Under the pieces are notes generated by a model that was given only the letters and a program-made list of their open reading frames with translations, made no database searches and was not told the origin of the DNA. The translations under genes and the position numbers were made by a program. This document shows, in pieces, positions 49,719-59,092 of a DNA stretch of 64,000 nt. This stretch comes from an uncultured Fidelibacterota bacterium (GTDB lineage Bacteria > Fidelibacterota > Marinisomatia > Marinisomatales > Marinisomataceae), in contig CACBFQ010000001.1 in assembly GCA_902538565.1 (NCBI GenBank), positions 424,033 to 488,032 of the forward strand, written 5' to 3'. Position 1 is the first letter of the stretch. Each line of letters begins with the position of its first letter.

Positions 49719-50846
49719 GTGACCGTGAAAAAAACATTTATATTATTAGCAGCTTTAATTGTTGCTTCATGTTCTGGTGAAATATATGAGGATGAACTAA
49801 AAATCGGAGAAGATAGCTTGGCATACGTTGGGGATACAGATAAGCTTTTTTCTGGAGACGTTCTGGATAAGTATGGAGAAAAACTAGGAACATACAAAAA
49901 AGGCATAAAGGATGGAGCGTGGACTGAAATTGATTATAAAAACGGTACAAGAAAAAAGGCTAACTACATCAAAGGTGTTCCTGAAGGGGAACAAATAACA
50001 TATGTTTTTCCCGGACCAATGGATAACAATAAAAGGCTAGAATATATTAACTATGAAGAAGGCAATCCGGTTGGTACATGGACGCAGTGGAGTAGAGACA
50101 ACGAAAATAGGCTAAGAAAAACCGGAGAAATCGTTTTTGAAGCAGGCGCAGGAAGGTGGAGAGAATGGGACCCTAATACACTTGTTGTTATAAGGGCAGG
50201 AGACTATGAAAATTGGGAAAGAAGTGGTCTTTGGAAAAGCTGGGACCCGCAGGAAGTTTTAGTTAGCGAGGGAGAATATATTCAAGGCAATAAGGTTGGT
50301 AAATGGACTTGGTATAAAGATGGAAAAGATATAGGCTGGCAAGAAAACTATAATAATGGTGTTTTAAACGGCAAATTTAATAACCTATCTCCATATGCAG
50401 ATATTCGAGGAGTCGGTACTTATAATGAAGGCATAAAAACAGGAGATTGGGAGGAATATTACAACAGTATTGACGGATCGTTAGAGCGCTCTCAAACGGG
50501 TTCATACCAGTTCGGAAAAAAAGTTGGTATATGGTCTTTATATGCAAAAAACGGAAGAAGGGTAGCAGAGGGTACATATAAAGATGACATCAAAGAAGGA
50601 GAATGGACAGAAGGACCCGACATTGACTTTGGATCTAGATTCTTTGGAAAAGGAACTTACTCTAACAATGAAAAAAACGGCAGCTGGAATTACGTTGCTC
50701 CAAGACAAAACCCAACGATTGAGGGGTTCTTTACAGATGGAGAGCCTTCAGGCGAATGGAAAGTTATTTATAATAAAAAGACTTATAAAGGGAGTTTAAA
50801 GGACTTAAAAGAACAGATTCAAAAACTAAACGAATTCTCTTTTTAA
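49719..50846 (+). CDS. Lipoprotein with MORN-variant (YwqK-like) repeats
   Basis: GTG start with AAGGAG upstream. Lipobox LIVASC. Reiterated G.W..(W/Y)...G......Y..G...G.W units run through the 375 aa. Confidence 0.65.
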   Translation: MTVKKTFILLAALIVASCSGEIYEDELKIGEDSLAYVGDTDKLFSGDVLDKYGEKLGTYKKGIKDGAWTEIDYKNGTRKKANYIKGVPEGEQITYVFPGPMDNNKRLEYINYEEGNPVGTWTQWSRDNENRLRKTGEIVFEAGAGRWREWDPNTLVVIRAGDYENWERSGLWKSWDPQEVLVSEGEYIQGNKVGKWTWYKDGKDIGWQENYNNGVLNGKFNNLSPYADIRGVGTYNEGIKTGDWEEYYNSIDGSLERSQTGSYQFGKKVGIWSLYAKNGRRVAEGTYKDDIKEGEWTEGPDIDFGSRFFGKGTYSNNEKNGSWNYVAPRQNPTIEGFFTDGEPSGEWKVIYNKKTYKGSLKDLKEQIQKLNEFSF

Positions 50847-50964
50847 GGCTAATTAGCCCCCCCCCAAATTTTTTTATGCTGTCCGCCATTTGAAAAATTA
50901 ATGGTTATATCCAATTTGTCTTTATATTTATGTAAATGAGTTTTAAAATTAGCATCACCAAAAT

Positions 50965-51624
50965 ATGTCAATAATAAAACTATTAACCTCGTCAGTTGGA
51001 AGAAAAATTCTAATGGCTATAACTGGGCTTTTGCTAGCATTCTTTATGGCTTTCCATTTATTTGGAAACTTATTTCTGTTTGTTGGAGAAGACGCTTTCA
51101 ACGCCTATGTAGAAAAGCTACATCAATTAGGTTTTTTAATTAGAATTGCAGAATTTTTTCTTGTCCTATTTGTTGGTAGTCATGCATATAGCGGGACACT
51201 GCTTTGGATAAAGAATAGAAAAGCGAAAAAAGTAGTTTCTTCGTATAGCAAAGTAAACACATCAAGTGCGGCAAGGTCTGCTGCATTTACAGGAAGCATC
51301 GTTTTTATTTTCCTTGCTACGCACTGGTCAACATTTTGGTATAAATTTAATTTTGATCTTCAAGGTATGAGTTACTATTATGTAGTGACAGAAAGTTCAG
51401 TTGGTTTTGGTAGTCCTGCTGTATCAATATTCTACATCATAGCGATTGCACTTTTAGGCTATCACCTTAAACACGGAATTACATCTGCAGGACAAACACT
51501 TGGAATAGTTGGAACCAAATATGAAAAAATATATAATAATCTTTCAGCAATTTTTTGGTTTTGGATTCCACTTGGGTTTATTTTAATACCGGTTTGGTTC
51601 GGTTTCTTAGTGAGGGTTATATGA
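50965..51624 (+). CDS. sdhC: Succinate dehydrogenase/fumarate reductase cytochrome b subunit (b558, five-helix type)
   Basis: 219 aa with five hydrophobic helices carrying conserved His residues (FHLFGN, GSHAY, GYHLKHG). It sits directly upstream of sdhA with an ATGA overlap. Confidence 0.75.
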   Translation: MSIIKLLTSSVGRKILMAITGLLLAFFMAFHLFGNLFLFVGEDAFNAYVEKLHQLGFLIRIAEFFLVLFVGSHAYSGTLLWIKNRKAKKVVSSYSKVNTSSAARSAAFTGSIVFIFLATHWSTFWYKFNFDLQGMSYYYVVTESSVGFGSPAVSIFYIIAIALLGYHLKHGITSAGQTLGIVGTKYEKIYNNLSAIFWFWIPLGFILIPVWFGFLVRVI

Positions 51625-53543
51625 CAGAATTTAATTTATTTTCAAAAGCACCAAATGGAGAGCTTCACACGAAATGGAAAGAGTATAAAGAAAGCCTTAA
51701 AAAGCTTGCTCCAGAGGATGCAAATAAATATAAGGTAATAGTTGTTGGAACAGGTCTTGCGGGCGCATCAGCCTCTGCAACGTTAGCAGAACATGGGTTT
51801 AATGTTCATGCTTTTTCATTCCATGAGTCACCAAGAAGAGCACACAGTATAGCTGCACAAGGTGGGATAAATGCTGCAAAGAACTATAAAAGCGATGGTG
51901 ACAGTGTGATGAGACTATTTTATGATACCATTAAAGGAGGAGACTTTAGATCCAGAGAGGATAATGTTTATAGATTAGCAGAAATAAGTAAAAATATTAT
52001 CGATCAGTGCGTTGCACAAGGGGTTCCTTTTGCTAGAGAGTATGGGGGACTTTTAGATAACAGATCTTTTGGCGGCGTTCAAGTTTCAAGGACTTTTTAT
52101 GCAAGAGGGCAAACAGGTCAACAGCTATTGCTTGGTGCATATTCAGCATTAAGCAGACAAATGGAAAAAAAGAAAGTGGTTTTTTATCCAAGGCACGACA
52201 TGCTGGATGTTGTTCTTGTTGAAGAGAAAGCAAAAGGAATCGTCACCAGAAATCTTATAAATGGTAAAATTGAAACACACAGCGCAGATATTATTATTTT
52301 AGCAACTGGAGGATATTCTAACGTTTATTATTTGTCTACAAATGCAATGGCAAGTAACGTGACAGCAAATTGGAGGGCGCATAGAAAAGGAGCGCTTTTT
52401 GCAAACCCTAGCTTTACACAAATTCATCCAACATGTATTCCGGTTAAAAATGATTTTCAATCAAAACTAACTTTAATGAGCGAAAGCTTAAGAAATGATG
52501 GAAGGGTTTGGGTACCAAAAAAGAAAAATGACCAAAGAAAACCGACAGAAATTCCAGAAGAAGAAAGAGATTATTACTTAGAGAGAATCTATCCAGCCTT
52601 TGGAAATTTAGTTCCAAGAGATGTTGCAAGTAGAAGAGCTAAAGAGGTTTGTGATGAGGGTAGGGGGATAGGGCCCACAGGTTTTGCAGTATATCTAGAT
52701 TTTCAAAAAGCTATTGATGAAAAAGGTGAAGATTTTATCAGAGAAAAATACGGAAATTTGTTTGATATGTATCAAAACATCACAAATGAAAACCCATATG
52801 AAACACCAATGAAAATTTATCCAGCTGTTCACTATACGATGGGTGGACTTTGGGTTGACTACAATTTAATGACAACCGTCAAAGGACTATTTTCAATAGG
52901 AGAAAGCAATTTTTCAGATCATGGGGCAAACAGGTTGGGGGCCAGCGCATTAATGCAAGGCTTAGCAGACGGATATTTTGTTGTTCCTCATACAGCAATG
53001 GATTTTTTAGCTAAAGAAGCGCCACTTATGAAAGACATTACAGATAGGCCAGAGTTTAAAGAAGCTAAAGACAAAACCGAAAGTGAAATTAACAGGTTAA
53101 TGAGTGTTGATGGTAAAATGGCAGTAGATGAAGTGCATCGAGAATTAGGAAAAATAGTTTGGGATAAGATTGGGATGGCAAGAAATGAGACTGGGTTGAA
53201 CGAAGCATTAGCAGAAATTCCAAAAATTAAAGAAAAGTTTTGGAATGATATTTCGATTCCAGGAAGTGACAAGGACGTCAACCAGGAGCTAGAAAAAGCT
53301 CTAAGGGTAAAAGACTTTATTGAGCTTGCTGAGCTGATGGCATTTGATGCTCTTGATAGAAATGAATCCTGTGGAGCACATTTTAGAGAAGAATATCAAA
53401 CAGAAGAAAACGAGGCAGAAAGAAACGATCAAGATTTTAAATATGTAGCAGCTTGGGACTATTCTGAAAACGATAATCCGAAACTTTTTAGAGAAGAATT
53501 AAAATATAATAATGTTAAACTAAAAACTAGAAGTTATAAGTAA
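51621..53543 (+). CDS. sdhA: Succinate dehydrogenase/fumarate reductase flavoprotein subunit
   Basis: Start set at ATG 51621 (GAGGG Shine-Dalgarno 5 nt upstream). [15 protein letters not shown] loop, [14 protein letters not shown] and HYTMGG motifs. Confidence 0.95.
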   Translation: MTEFNLFSKAPNGELHTKWKEYKESLKKLAPEDANKYKVIVVGTGLAGASASATLAEHGFNVHAFSFHESPRRAHSIAAQGGINAAKNYKSDGDSVMRLFYDTIKGGDFRSREDNVYRLAEISKNIIDQCVAQGVPFAREYGGLLDNRSFGGVQVSRTFYARGQTGQQLLLGAYSALSRQMEKKKVVFYPRHDMLDVVLVEEKAKGIVTRNLINGKIETHSADIIILATGGYSNVYYLSTNAMASNVTANWRAHRKGALFANPSFTQIHPTCIPVKNDFQSKLTLMSESLRNDGRVWVPKKKNDQRKPTEIPEEERDYYLERIYPAFGNLVPRDVASRRAKEVCDEGRGIGPTGFAVYLDFQKAIDEKGEDFIREKYGNLFDMYQNITNENPYETPMKIYPAVHYTMGGLWVDYNLMTTVKGLFSIGESNFSDHGANRLGASALMQGLADGYFVVPHTAMDFLAKEAPLMKDITDRPEFKEAKDKTESEINRLMSVDGKMAVDEVHRELGKIVWDKIGMARNETGLNEALAEIPKIKEKFWNDISIPGSDKDVNQELEKALRVKDFIELAELMAFDALDRNESCGAHFREEYQTEENEAERNDQDFKYVAAWDYSENDNPKLFREELKYNNVKLKTRSYK

Positions 53544-54308
53544 ATGAATGTCAACCTGAAAATATGGCGACAAGGTTCTGATTCCGACAAGGGAATATTG
53601 AAAACCTACAGACTTGAAAACATAGACCCAAATATTTCATTTTTAGAAATGCTAGATATTTTAAATATCAAGCTTGTAAAAGAAAAAAAGGATCCTGTTA
53701 CATTTGATCATGACTGCAGAGAAGGAATTTGCGGTTCTTGCGGTTTTATGATTAATGGTAGACCACACGGACCTCAAAAGGCAACAACAGTGTGTCAGCT
53801 TCACATGAGAGCATTTAATAACGAAGATGATATTTTATTAGAACCTTTTAGGGCAGAGTCTTTCCCAGTAATAAAAGACCTCTCTGTTGATAGAAAGTCT
53901 TTTGATAGAATCATTTCTTCGGGAGGTTATGTGTCAACAAATACGGGAGAGGCGCCTGAGGCCAACTCTATTTCTATCGAAAAAGAATATGCTGATGAAG
54001 CATTCCTTTCATCCGCCTGTATCGGTTGTGGTGCTTGTGTAGCAGCCTGTAAAAATTCATCAGCAATGTTATTTACTTCGGCTAAAGTCTCACACCTCTC
54101 TTTATTACCCCAGGGTCAAAAAGAAGGAAAAGACAGGGTTGCTAAAATGGTAGCAACGATGGATGAAGAAGGGTTTGGTTCATGTACTAATACTGGTGCA
54201 TGTTCAGCTGAATGTCCAAAAGAAATAGGGCAGATAAATATAGCAAGGTTAAATCAAGAATATATATTGAGCTCTCTTTCAGGCTTTTTAAAGAAAAAAA
54301 ATGAGTGA
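53544..54308 (+). CDS. sdhB: Succinate dehydrogenase/fumarate reductase iron-sulfur subunit
   Basis: 254 aa with three Cys clusters: CREGICGSCG, CIGCGACVAAC and CTNTGACSAECP. Confidence 0.92.
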   Translation: MNVNLKIWRQGSDSDKGILKTYRLENIDPNISFLEMLDILNIKLVKEKKDPVTFDHDCREGICGSCGFMINGRPHGPQKATTVCQLHMRAFNNEDDILLEPFRAESFPVIKDLSVDRKSFDRIISSGGYVSTNTGEAPEANSISIEKEYADEAFLSSACIGCGACVAACKNSSAMLFTSAKVSHLSLLPQGQKEGKDRVAKMVATMDEEGFGSCTNTGACSAECPKEIGQINIARLNQEYILSSLSGFLKKKNE

Positions 54309-54918
54309 AAACTTAAAATTTGAAAATATCTATTGTGTTGGAAGAAATTTTGTAGGACATGCAAAAGAGCTTGGCAACAATATTCCAACATCACCACTAA
54401 TTTTTCAAAAATCAAACTCAGCTGTAAACATCAAAGAAACAATTGAGATACCATCACACAAAATAATAGAACACGAGCTTGAAGTAGTTCTTTTGATAGG
54501 AAAAGAGGGGGTGCCAAAAAACCACGAAGAGGCCCATACATACATTTCTGGATTTTCAACAGGTTTAGATTTAACAGATAGACACCTTCAAACAGAGCTT
54601 AAGAAAAAAGGGATGCCATGGTTTGCTTCAAAGACATTTAAAGGTTCTGCAATAATAGATGCAAATTTCATACATGAATATGAATGTCCACAAGAATTCT
54701 ATTTAATGGTAAATCAAAAAATAAGACAAGAAGGAAACTTAAAAGACATGATATTTTCCTTTGAAGACATTATTCTACACCTTTCAAAGATTGTTGATTT
54801 CAAAAAAGGAGATATAATTTTTACTGGTACTCCGGAAGGGGTAGGAGCTCTTGAAAGAGGGGATCAAATTGAAATGGGCTTTAATAATTACCCGCCCAAA
54901 AAGCTCGTTGTTATCTAA
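54301..54918 (+). CDS. Fumarylacetoacetate hydrolase (FAH/FAHD1-like) family protein
   Basis: 205 aa. NFVGHAKELG, HELEVVLLIG, DLTDR and IFTGTPEGVG blocks typical of the short FAH family. It overlaps sdhB by 8 nt. Confidence 0.85.
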   Translation: MSENLKFENIYCVGRNFVGHAKELGNNIPTSPLIFQKSNSAVNIKETIEIPSHKIIEHELEVVLLIGKEGVPKNHEEAHTYISGFSTGLDLTDRHLQTELKKKGMPWFASKTFKGSAIIDANFIHEYECPQEFYLMVNQKIRQEGNLKDMIFSFEDIILHLSKIVDFKKGDIIFTGTPEGVGALERGDQIEMGFNNYPPKKLVVI

Positions 54919-55243
54919 GTCCCACTTTTTTTATAAATACAAAGAACCAGCAAATCAAAACAATTACAACCAAGCAATATCCTCCAACAGCGACTACAAG
55001 TTTGCTGGTGGTAATTAAGACAACAAAAGCTAAAAATGGTACTGTTGCCAGTAGATATAAAAATGTTTTGGTCGAGCTCACCAATCTTTTAACATCAATT
55101 TTTTGCCTGTCTAGATCTGACATTGTATTATAGCCAGCTATGATATATTTGGCATTTGAGGTGTTTAAAGTTTTGGCAACCAACAGAATGGGGATGTTTG
55201 CAAAGCCCACAATAAGGACTTCAAAAAGAATAAGTGAATTCAA
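54911..55243 (-). CDS. Small membrane protein (DUF3784-like, AGYNTMS motif)
   Basis: The track ORF (to 55303) overlaps the tonB 3' end by 59 nt. A TTG at 55243 just after the tonB stop is the likelier start. It has three hydrophobic helices. The family call is weak. Confidence 0.35.
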   Translation of the reverse strand: MNSLILFEVLIVGFANIPILLVAKTLNTSNAKYIIAGYNTMSDLDRQKIDVKRLVSSTKTFLYLLATVPFLAFVVLITTSKLVVAVGGYCLVVIVLICWFFVFIKKVGLR

Positions 55244-55244
55244 A

Positions 55245-55937
55245 CTAGTTTTGGAGCTTAAAGTTGATTGGGATTGTAATCCATACACCAACCTTTGTTT
55301 CACGTTGCTTAGCCGGTCTAAATCTAGTTTTTCTTAAAGCGTCAACAGCAGCTTGGTTTAGTCCTGTATTTGGAATTCCTTTTAAAACAATTGTTTCTTT
55401 AACTCTACCTGTTTTGTCAATGAAACACTGTACCAAAACCTGTCCTTCGATACCAGCTTCCTGAGCAATGTCGGGATAAACCGGCTTAATTGGGAATAGT
55501 GGCCTTGGTGGGTCATCATATGGAATGAACTTTACTTGTGGACCAGATGGAGGTGGAGGTGGAGCGTCCCACGCATCAAAACTGTCTAAATCTGTCTCCT
55601 CGATTGTAAGGTCATCAGCGAGATCATCGTCTTCTGACTCTACAGGAACAGAAGGTCTAGCTGGCGGTGGAGGAGTTTCAAATTGTTGAGTTTCTGGTAT
55701 TTCAATATTTTCAATAATAATTTGGCTCTCTGTTTCAATATCAATATCATTTTCAAAGCGCTGCAACGAATAAAACCCTAATAGTAAAAGAAAGGATGCA
55801 AACAATAAACCAACCCTAAGTACTGTTGAATATTTTTCTTTTAATGACTTTTCAAGCAGCTTGGCTCTTTTTAGAAAAAAATCAACCAACCTGGAGAATG
55901 GATTAAATTTATCTAATATTTTTTTTAATTCGTCCAT
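55245..55937 (-). CDS. tonB: Energy transducer TonB
   Basis: 230 aa. N-terminal anchor, Pro-rich spacers (PPPPARPSVP, PPPPPSGPQ), and a C-terminal TonB domain (YPDIAQEAGIEGQVLV...). Confidence 0.85.
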   Translation of the reverse strand: MDELKKILDKFNPFSRLVDFFLKRAKLLEKSLKEKYSTVLRVGLLFASFLLLLGFYSLQRFENDIDIETESQIIIENIEIPETQQFETPPPPARPSVPVESEDDDLADDLTIEETDLDSFDAWDAPPPPPSGPQVKFIPYDDPPRPLFPIKPVYPDIAQEAGIEGQVLVQCFIDKTGRVKETIVLKGIPNTGLNQAAVDALRKTRFRPAKQRETKVGVWITIPINFKLQN

Positions 55938-56350
55938 TAGTTTGGAGCCTTAACCTTTGTAGAATAGTTTAATTTTAATGCATCTGCTTTTCTCAATTCA
56001 TTATGAATGTCAGAAATCATTTCCATTCTAGCAGCTTGGTCAGCTTTTAATGAAACCGTAAGTTGAGGATCAGATGCTCTTTTCTCATACATTACATGTC
56101 GTACATCTTGATTATTATAAAGCTTGTCTTCAATTGAAATTAATCCGTCTTTTGACACCCAAATATCTGATGTATGTCTTTTTGATTCCAGTTTTTCAAT
56201 TCTTTCCGCTTTTGGCAGTGAAACTGGAAGACCCGAAAACTCTCTTAGAACGGTAGTAACCATAAAAAAGATTAGAAGCATAAAAATAATATCGGGCATG
56301 GAGGATGTTGATATTTTTGATTCTACCCCAGATTTTCTTCTAAACTTCAT
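55937..56350 (-). CDS. exbD: Biopolymer transport protein ExbD/TolR
   Basis: 137 aa. The single TM is in MPDIIFMLLIFFMVTT, followed by a periplasmic ExbD fold. 1-nt overlap junctions on both sides. Confidence 0.85.
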   Translation of the reverse strand: MKFRRKSGVESKISTSSMPDIIFMLLIFFMVTTVLREFSGLPVSLPKAERIEKLESKRHTSDIWVSKDGLISIEDKLYNNQDVRHVMYEKRASDPQLTVSLKADQAARMEMISDIHNELRKADALKLNYSTKVKAPN

Positions 56351-56748
56351 TATTCTGTCTCCGCAATTGATATTCTAGTAGCGTTTGCAAGCTTTAATTG
56401 ATCTAGCACCTCAACATATACATTGTACTCTGCTTTTTCATGAGCTTTAACAGAAATAATAAGCTTATCGTTCGCACGAATTTCTTCTTTAACTCTTCTG
56501 CTCAAGTCTTTCATTTCTACAGGCTCGCCACCAAGCAACACATTACCTGAGGCGCTGATAAGGCAGTTAAGAATATTTTTTTTGTTGATTTCTAGCTCTT
56601 GACCTTCTGCTGGAAGAATTATTCCTAGACCTTTATCCATATCAATGGTTGTGGTAACCAGGAAAAATACTAGCAAAAGAAATGCTATGTCAGCCATTCC
56701 GCCTTCAGGAATAGCACCAACGCGGGCTTTTCGTTCTCTAAGAGCCAT
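56350..56748 (-). CDS. exbD: Biopolymer transport protein ExbD/TolR (second copy)
   Basis: 132 aa. MADIAFLLLVFFLVTT anchor and ExbD-type periplasmic domain. Confidence 0.85.
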   Translation of the reverse strand: MALRERKARVGAIPEGGMADIAFLLLVFFLVTTTIDMDKGLGIILPAEGQELEINKKNILNCLISASGNVLLGGEPVEMKDLSRRVKEEIRANDKLIISVKAHEKAEYNVYVEVLDQLKLANATRISIAETE

Positions 56749-56751
56749 ATT

Positions 56752-57357
56752 TTATTTTGAGTCTCTTAATAGGTCTGTGATTTCTATAGATCTTTCTTCC
56801 ATGTCCAAAACCATACCATCAATCATTGATGAGAAAAAGTTTTGAGCAATTTGAATAATCATAGCAACAATAAGTCCAAAAGCCGTAGTTAAAAGAGCTT
56901 GGGAAATACCAACAGCTACAACAGCTGGTGAAATATCGTTTGCAGCGGCAATAGCGTCAAACGCAAAAATCATACCTGCAACCGTACCCGTAAAACCCAT
57001 CATAGGTGCAATAGCGATAATTGCAGTTAGCCAACCCATATTTTTTTCTAGGAAAGCCATCTCTAGTGAACCGGCATTTTCAATTGCCTTTTCAACTTGC
57101 TCAGGACCTTTACCTACCTTAGATAAACCAGCCTTGCAAATATTAGAAACAGGACCATCGAGTCCAGCACAGACATCCATAGCTTTTTTTGATCCACCTG
57201 ATTTTAAAGCGGCTCTCAAAGAGTCCATAAAACCATCAGAATCTACTTGTGATTGATTAAGGGAATAAAACCTTTCTCCTACAAGACCAAGACCTGCAAG
57301 AAGCAAGAGTAAAATCGGCCACATAAAAGGTCCACCCTCTAAAAATAATTCTACCAT
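56752..57357 (-). CDS. exbB: MotA/TolQ/ExbB proton channel
   Basis: 201 aa with 3 TM segments. GFTGTVAGMIFAF and QALLTTAFGL are hallmarks of the family. Confidence 0.9.
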   Translation of the reverse strand: MVELFLEGGPFMWPILLLLLAGLGLVGERFYSLNQSQVDSDGFMDSLRAALKSGGSKKAMDVCAGLDGPVSNICKAGLSKVGKGPEQVEKAIENAGSLEMAFLEKNMGWLTAIIAIAPMMGFTGTVAGMIFAFDAIAAANDISPAVVAVGISQALLTTAFGLIVAMIIQIAQNFFSSMIDGMVLDMEERSIEITDLLRDSK

Positions 57358-57429
57358 TTAAATCCTCCTAATGTGTTAGATGTTCAAAAACTTAGCTTAT
57401 TACATATCCAATGTCAATGGTGTAAAATT

Positions 57430-58455
57430 TTATACTAAACGAGCCAAAATATCTCGCTCAATCTCTTCTGATAACTGATGATTCATAATAACAGCGTTGA
57501 TATCAACTTTAAGCTGCTTTTTAAATTCTACCAGCTTTACAAAGTCCTTTTCTGTACAAACAATATGTTTTAAACCCTCTTTTATCGAAAGGCGGTTAAT
57601 CTCTTCTATATCATGTAAAGAAAAAGGCCAGTGATCAGGAAACACCAGTTTTTTGTCTACATTGATATTTATACTTTCTAGCGTTTTTGAGAAACTCTCA
57701 GGATCTCCTATAGAGCAAACCGAAACAATTTCCGACTTATTGGCCAGGGCATGAATATTTTTCATAGAGCTCGAAGACAGAACCTCTTCTTTAATCTTTA
57801 GGTCTAGTGTGTGATCAGATTTTAGGCCTGTATCTTTAACTAAATTATTTTTGGTACTAATTGTAATGTCGGCTCTTTTTAAATAACACAAGGGCTCTCT
57901 TAATAGACCATACGGATAGATAAGCTGACAACTCTTGTTTTGGTTTTCAGGGCCAAGCAAAACAACATCAACATCTCTGTCAATCCTTCTGTGTTGAAAC
58001 CCGTCATCTAGCAAAACTACATTACACCCCATTTTAGACAACTGCTTTGCAGCATAGACCTTGTTTAGTGAAACAAAAATACGAGTATTTGAAGAAGTAT
58101 TATTTTTTAAAAGAACCACTTCATCACCACATTCTCTCCAGCTTTGATTTTTAAGCAAAAAATCATTTGAAATATTTTCTCTTCCATGACCTCTAGATAC
58201 AATACCAACGCTATAACCGTTTTTTTCTAAAAAATTTGCTATTGCAATAGTGGTAGGAGTTTTTCCAGTACCACCAAAAGCAATATTCCCTATACTAATT
58301 ACTTTGGCTCCAACTTTTTCCCCTTTTAAAACTCCAAAATCATATAAAAGATTTTTTAAAAAAATAAAGACTAAGTGAATAGGAAAAACAAACAATAAAG
58401 CTGATAGGGTATAGGTAAGAAGTTTATTATTCATTATTATATGTATATTATTCAT
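57430..58455 (-). CDS. lpxK: Tetraacyldisaccharide 4'-kinase
   Basis: P-loop VISIGNIAFGGTGKTP, SRGHG, LLDDGFQH. The track start at 58467 is TTG. ATG 58455 (8-nt overlap with DUF374) or ATG 58434 are alternatives. Confidence 0.85.
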   Translation of the reverse strand: MNNIHIIMNNKLLTYTLSALLFVFPIHLVFIFLKNLLYDFGVLKGEKVGAKVISIGNIAFGGTGKTPTTIAIANFLEKNGYSVGIVSRGHGRENISNDFLLKNQSWRECGDEVVLLKNNTSSNTRIFVSLNKVYAAKQLSKMGCNVVLLDDGFQHRRIDRDVDVVLLGPENQNKSCQLIYPYGLLREPLCYLKRADITISTKNNLVKDTGLKSDHTLDLKIKEEVLSSSSMKNIHALANKSEIVSVCSIGDPESFSKTLESININVDKKLVFPDHWPFSLHDIEEINRLSIKEGLKHIVCTEKDFVKLVEFKKQLKVDINAVIMNHQLSEEIERDILARLV

Positions 58456-59092
58456 GGCTACTTGCAACCTTATCCACTTTCTTCAAAGCACCTTCAATTT
58501 TTTGTGTTCCTGTTTCAATGCTTTCACTTTTATTAAAGTATAACGGCTCTCCATAAACTACACGCATTTTGGAAAATGGTTTACTGAGATAAAACGTGTG
58601 CCAGTTTTTAAACTTCCAGCTACTTTTAACATCAACAATCAATGGAATAATTGGTTTACCAGAATTTTGAGATAAAATTAAAGCGCCAGGTTTGACTTTA
58701 TGTTCAGGTCCAGTTGGACCATCTGGGGTAATGATAATTTTAGCATCAATATTATCTTCAAAAAAATCACTTATATTTTTTATAGCCTCTTTACCACCTT
58801 TCTTACTTGATCCTCTAAAAAATTTATATCCAAAACTTTTTGCTATTCTTGTAATAAGATCACCATCTCTGCTTTGACTAACTAGTGCGAAATATCCTTT
58901 ATGTTTCATATGTTCCATCAAACCTAATACCTTACCATGCCAAGAAACTAAAATAAATGAATCCAAGTTCTTTATTTTGCTTTCTCCAACAACTTTGGTT
59001 TTATTAAATCGATAGGACAATAATAATATTAAATATAAAATTTTTGCTTTAAAGAATGTTTTAATCATATATATAGCGCGCAGCAGAGGCAT
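58448..59092 (-). CDS. DUF374-domain protein (lysophospholipid-acyltransferase-like, function unknown)
   Basis: SWHGK...LVSQSRDGDLI...FRGSSKKGGKEA...ITPDGPTGP...PGALILS matches the DUF374 pattern. An alternative ATG at 59068 would give an 8-nt rather than 32-nt overlap with lpxB. Confidence 0.7.
   Translation of the reverse strand: MPLLRAIYMIKTFFKAKILYLILLLSYRFNKTKVVGESKIKNLDSFILVSWHGKVLGLMEHMKHKGYFALVSQSRDGDLITRIAKSFGYKFFRGSSKKGGKEAIKNISDFFEDNIDAKIIITPDGPTGPEHKVKPGALILSQNSGKPIIPLIVDVKSSWKFKNWHTFYLSKPFSKMRVVYGEPLYFNKSESIETGTQKIEGALKKVDKVASSHE

Noticed and set aside
49719-50846. MORN/YwqK-like lipoprotein as an antitoxin or immunity protein of a toxin system
   Set aside because: No adjacent toxin-like gene (deaminase, nuclease or polymorphic toxin) is present. 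It stands alone between ppdK and sdhC and carries a lipoprotein signal.
50849-50875. GGCTAATTAGCC palindrome followed by C9 A3 T7, considered as an intrinsic terminator for the MORN lipoprotein gene
   Set aside because: The palindrome has no loop. A feasible hairpin has only a 4-bp stem, and the T-run is separated from it by twelve bases. It does not fit a rho-independent terminator.
55294-55309. TGTTTCACGTTGCTTA, which looks like a third parS
   Set aside because: Only the left half-site matches (11/16 overall) and the palindrome is broken. Other half-sites at 12201 and 34236 are similar. They are probably chance.
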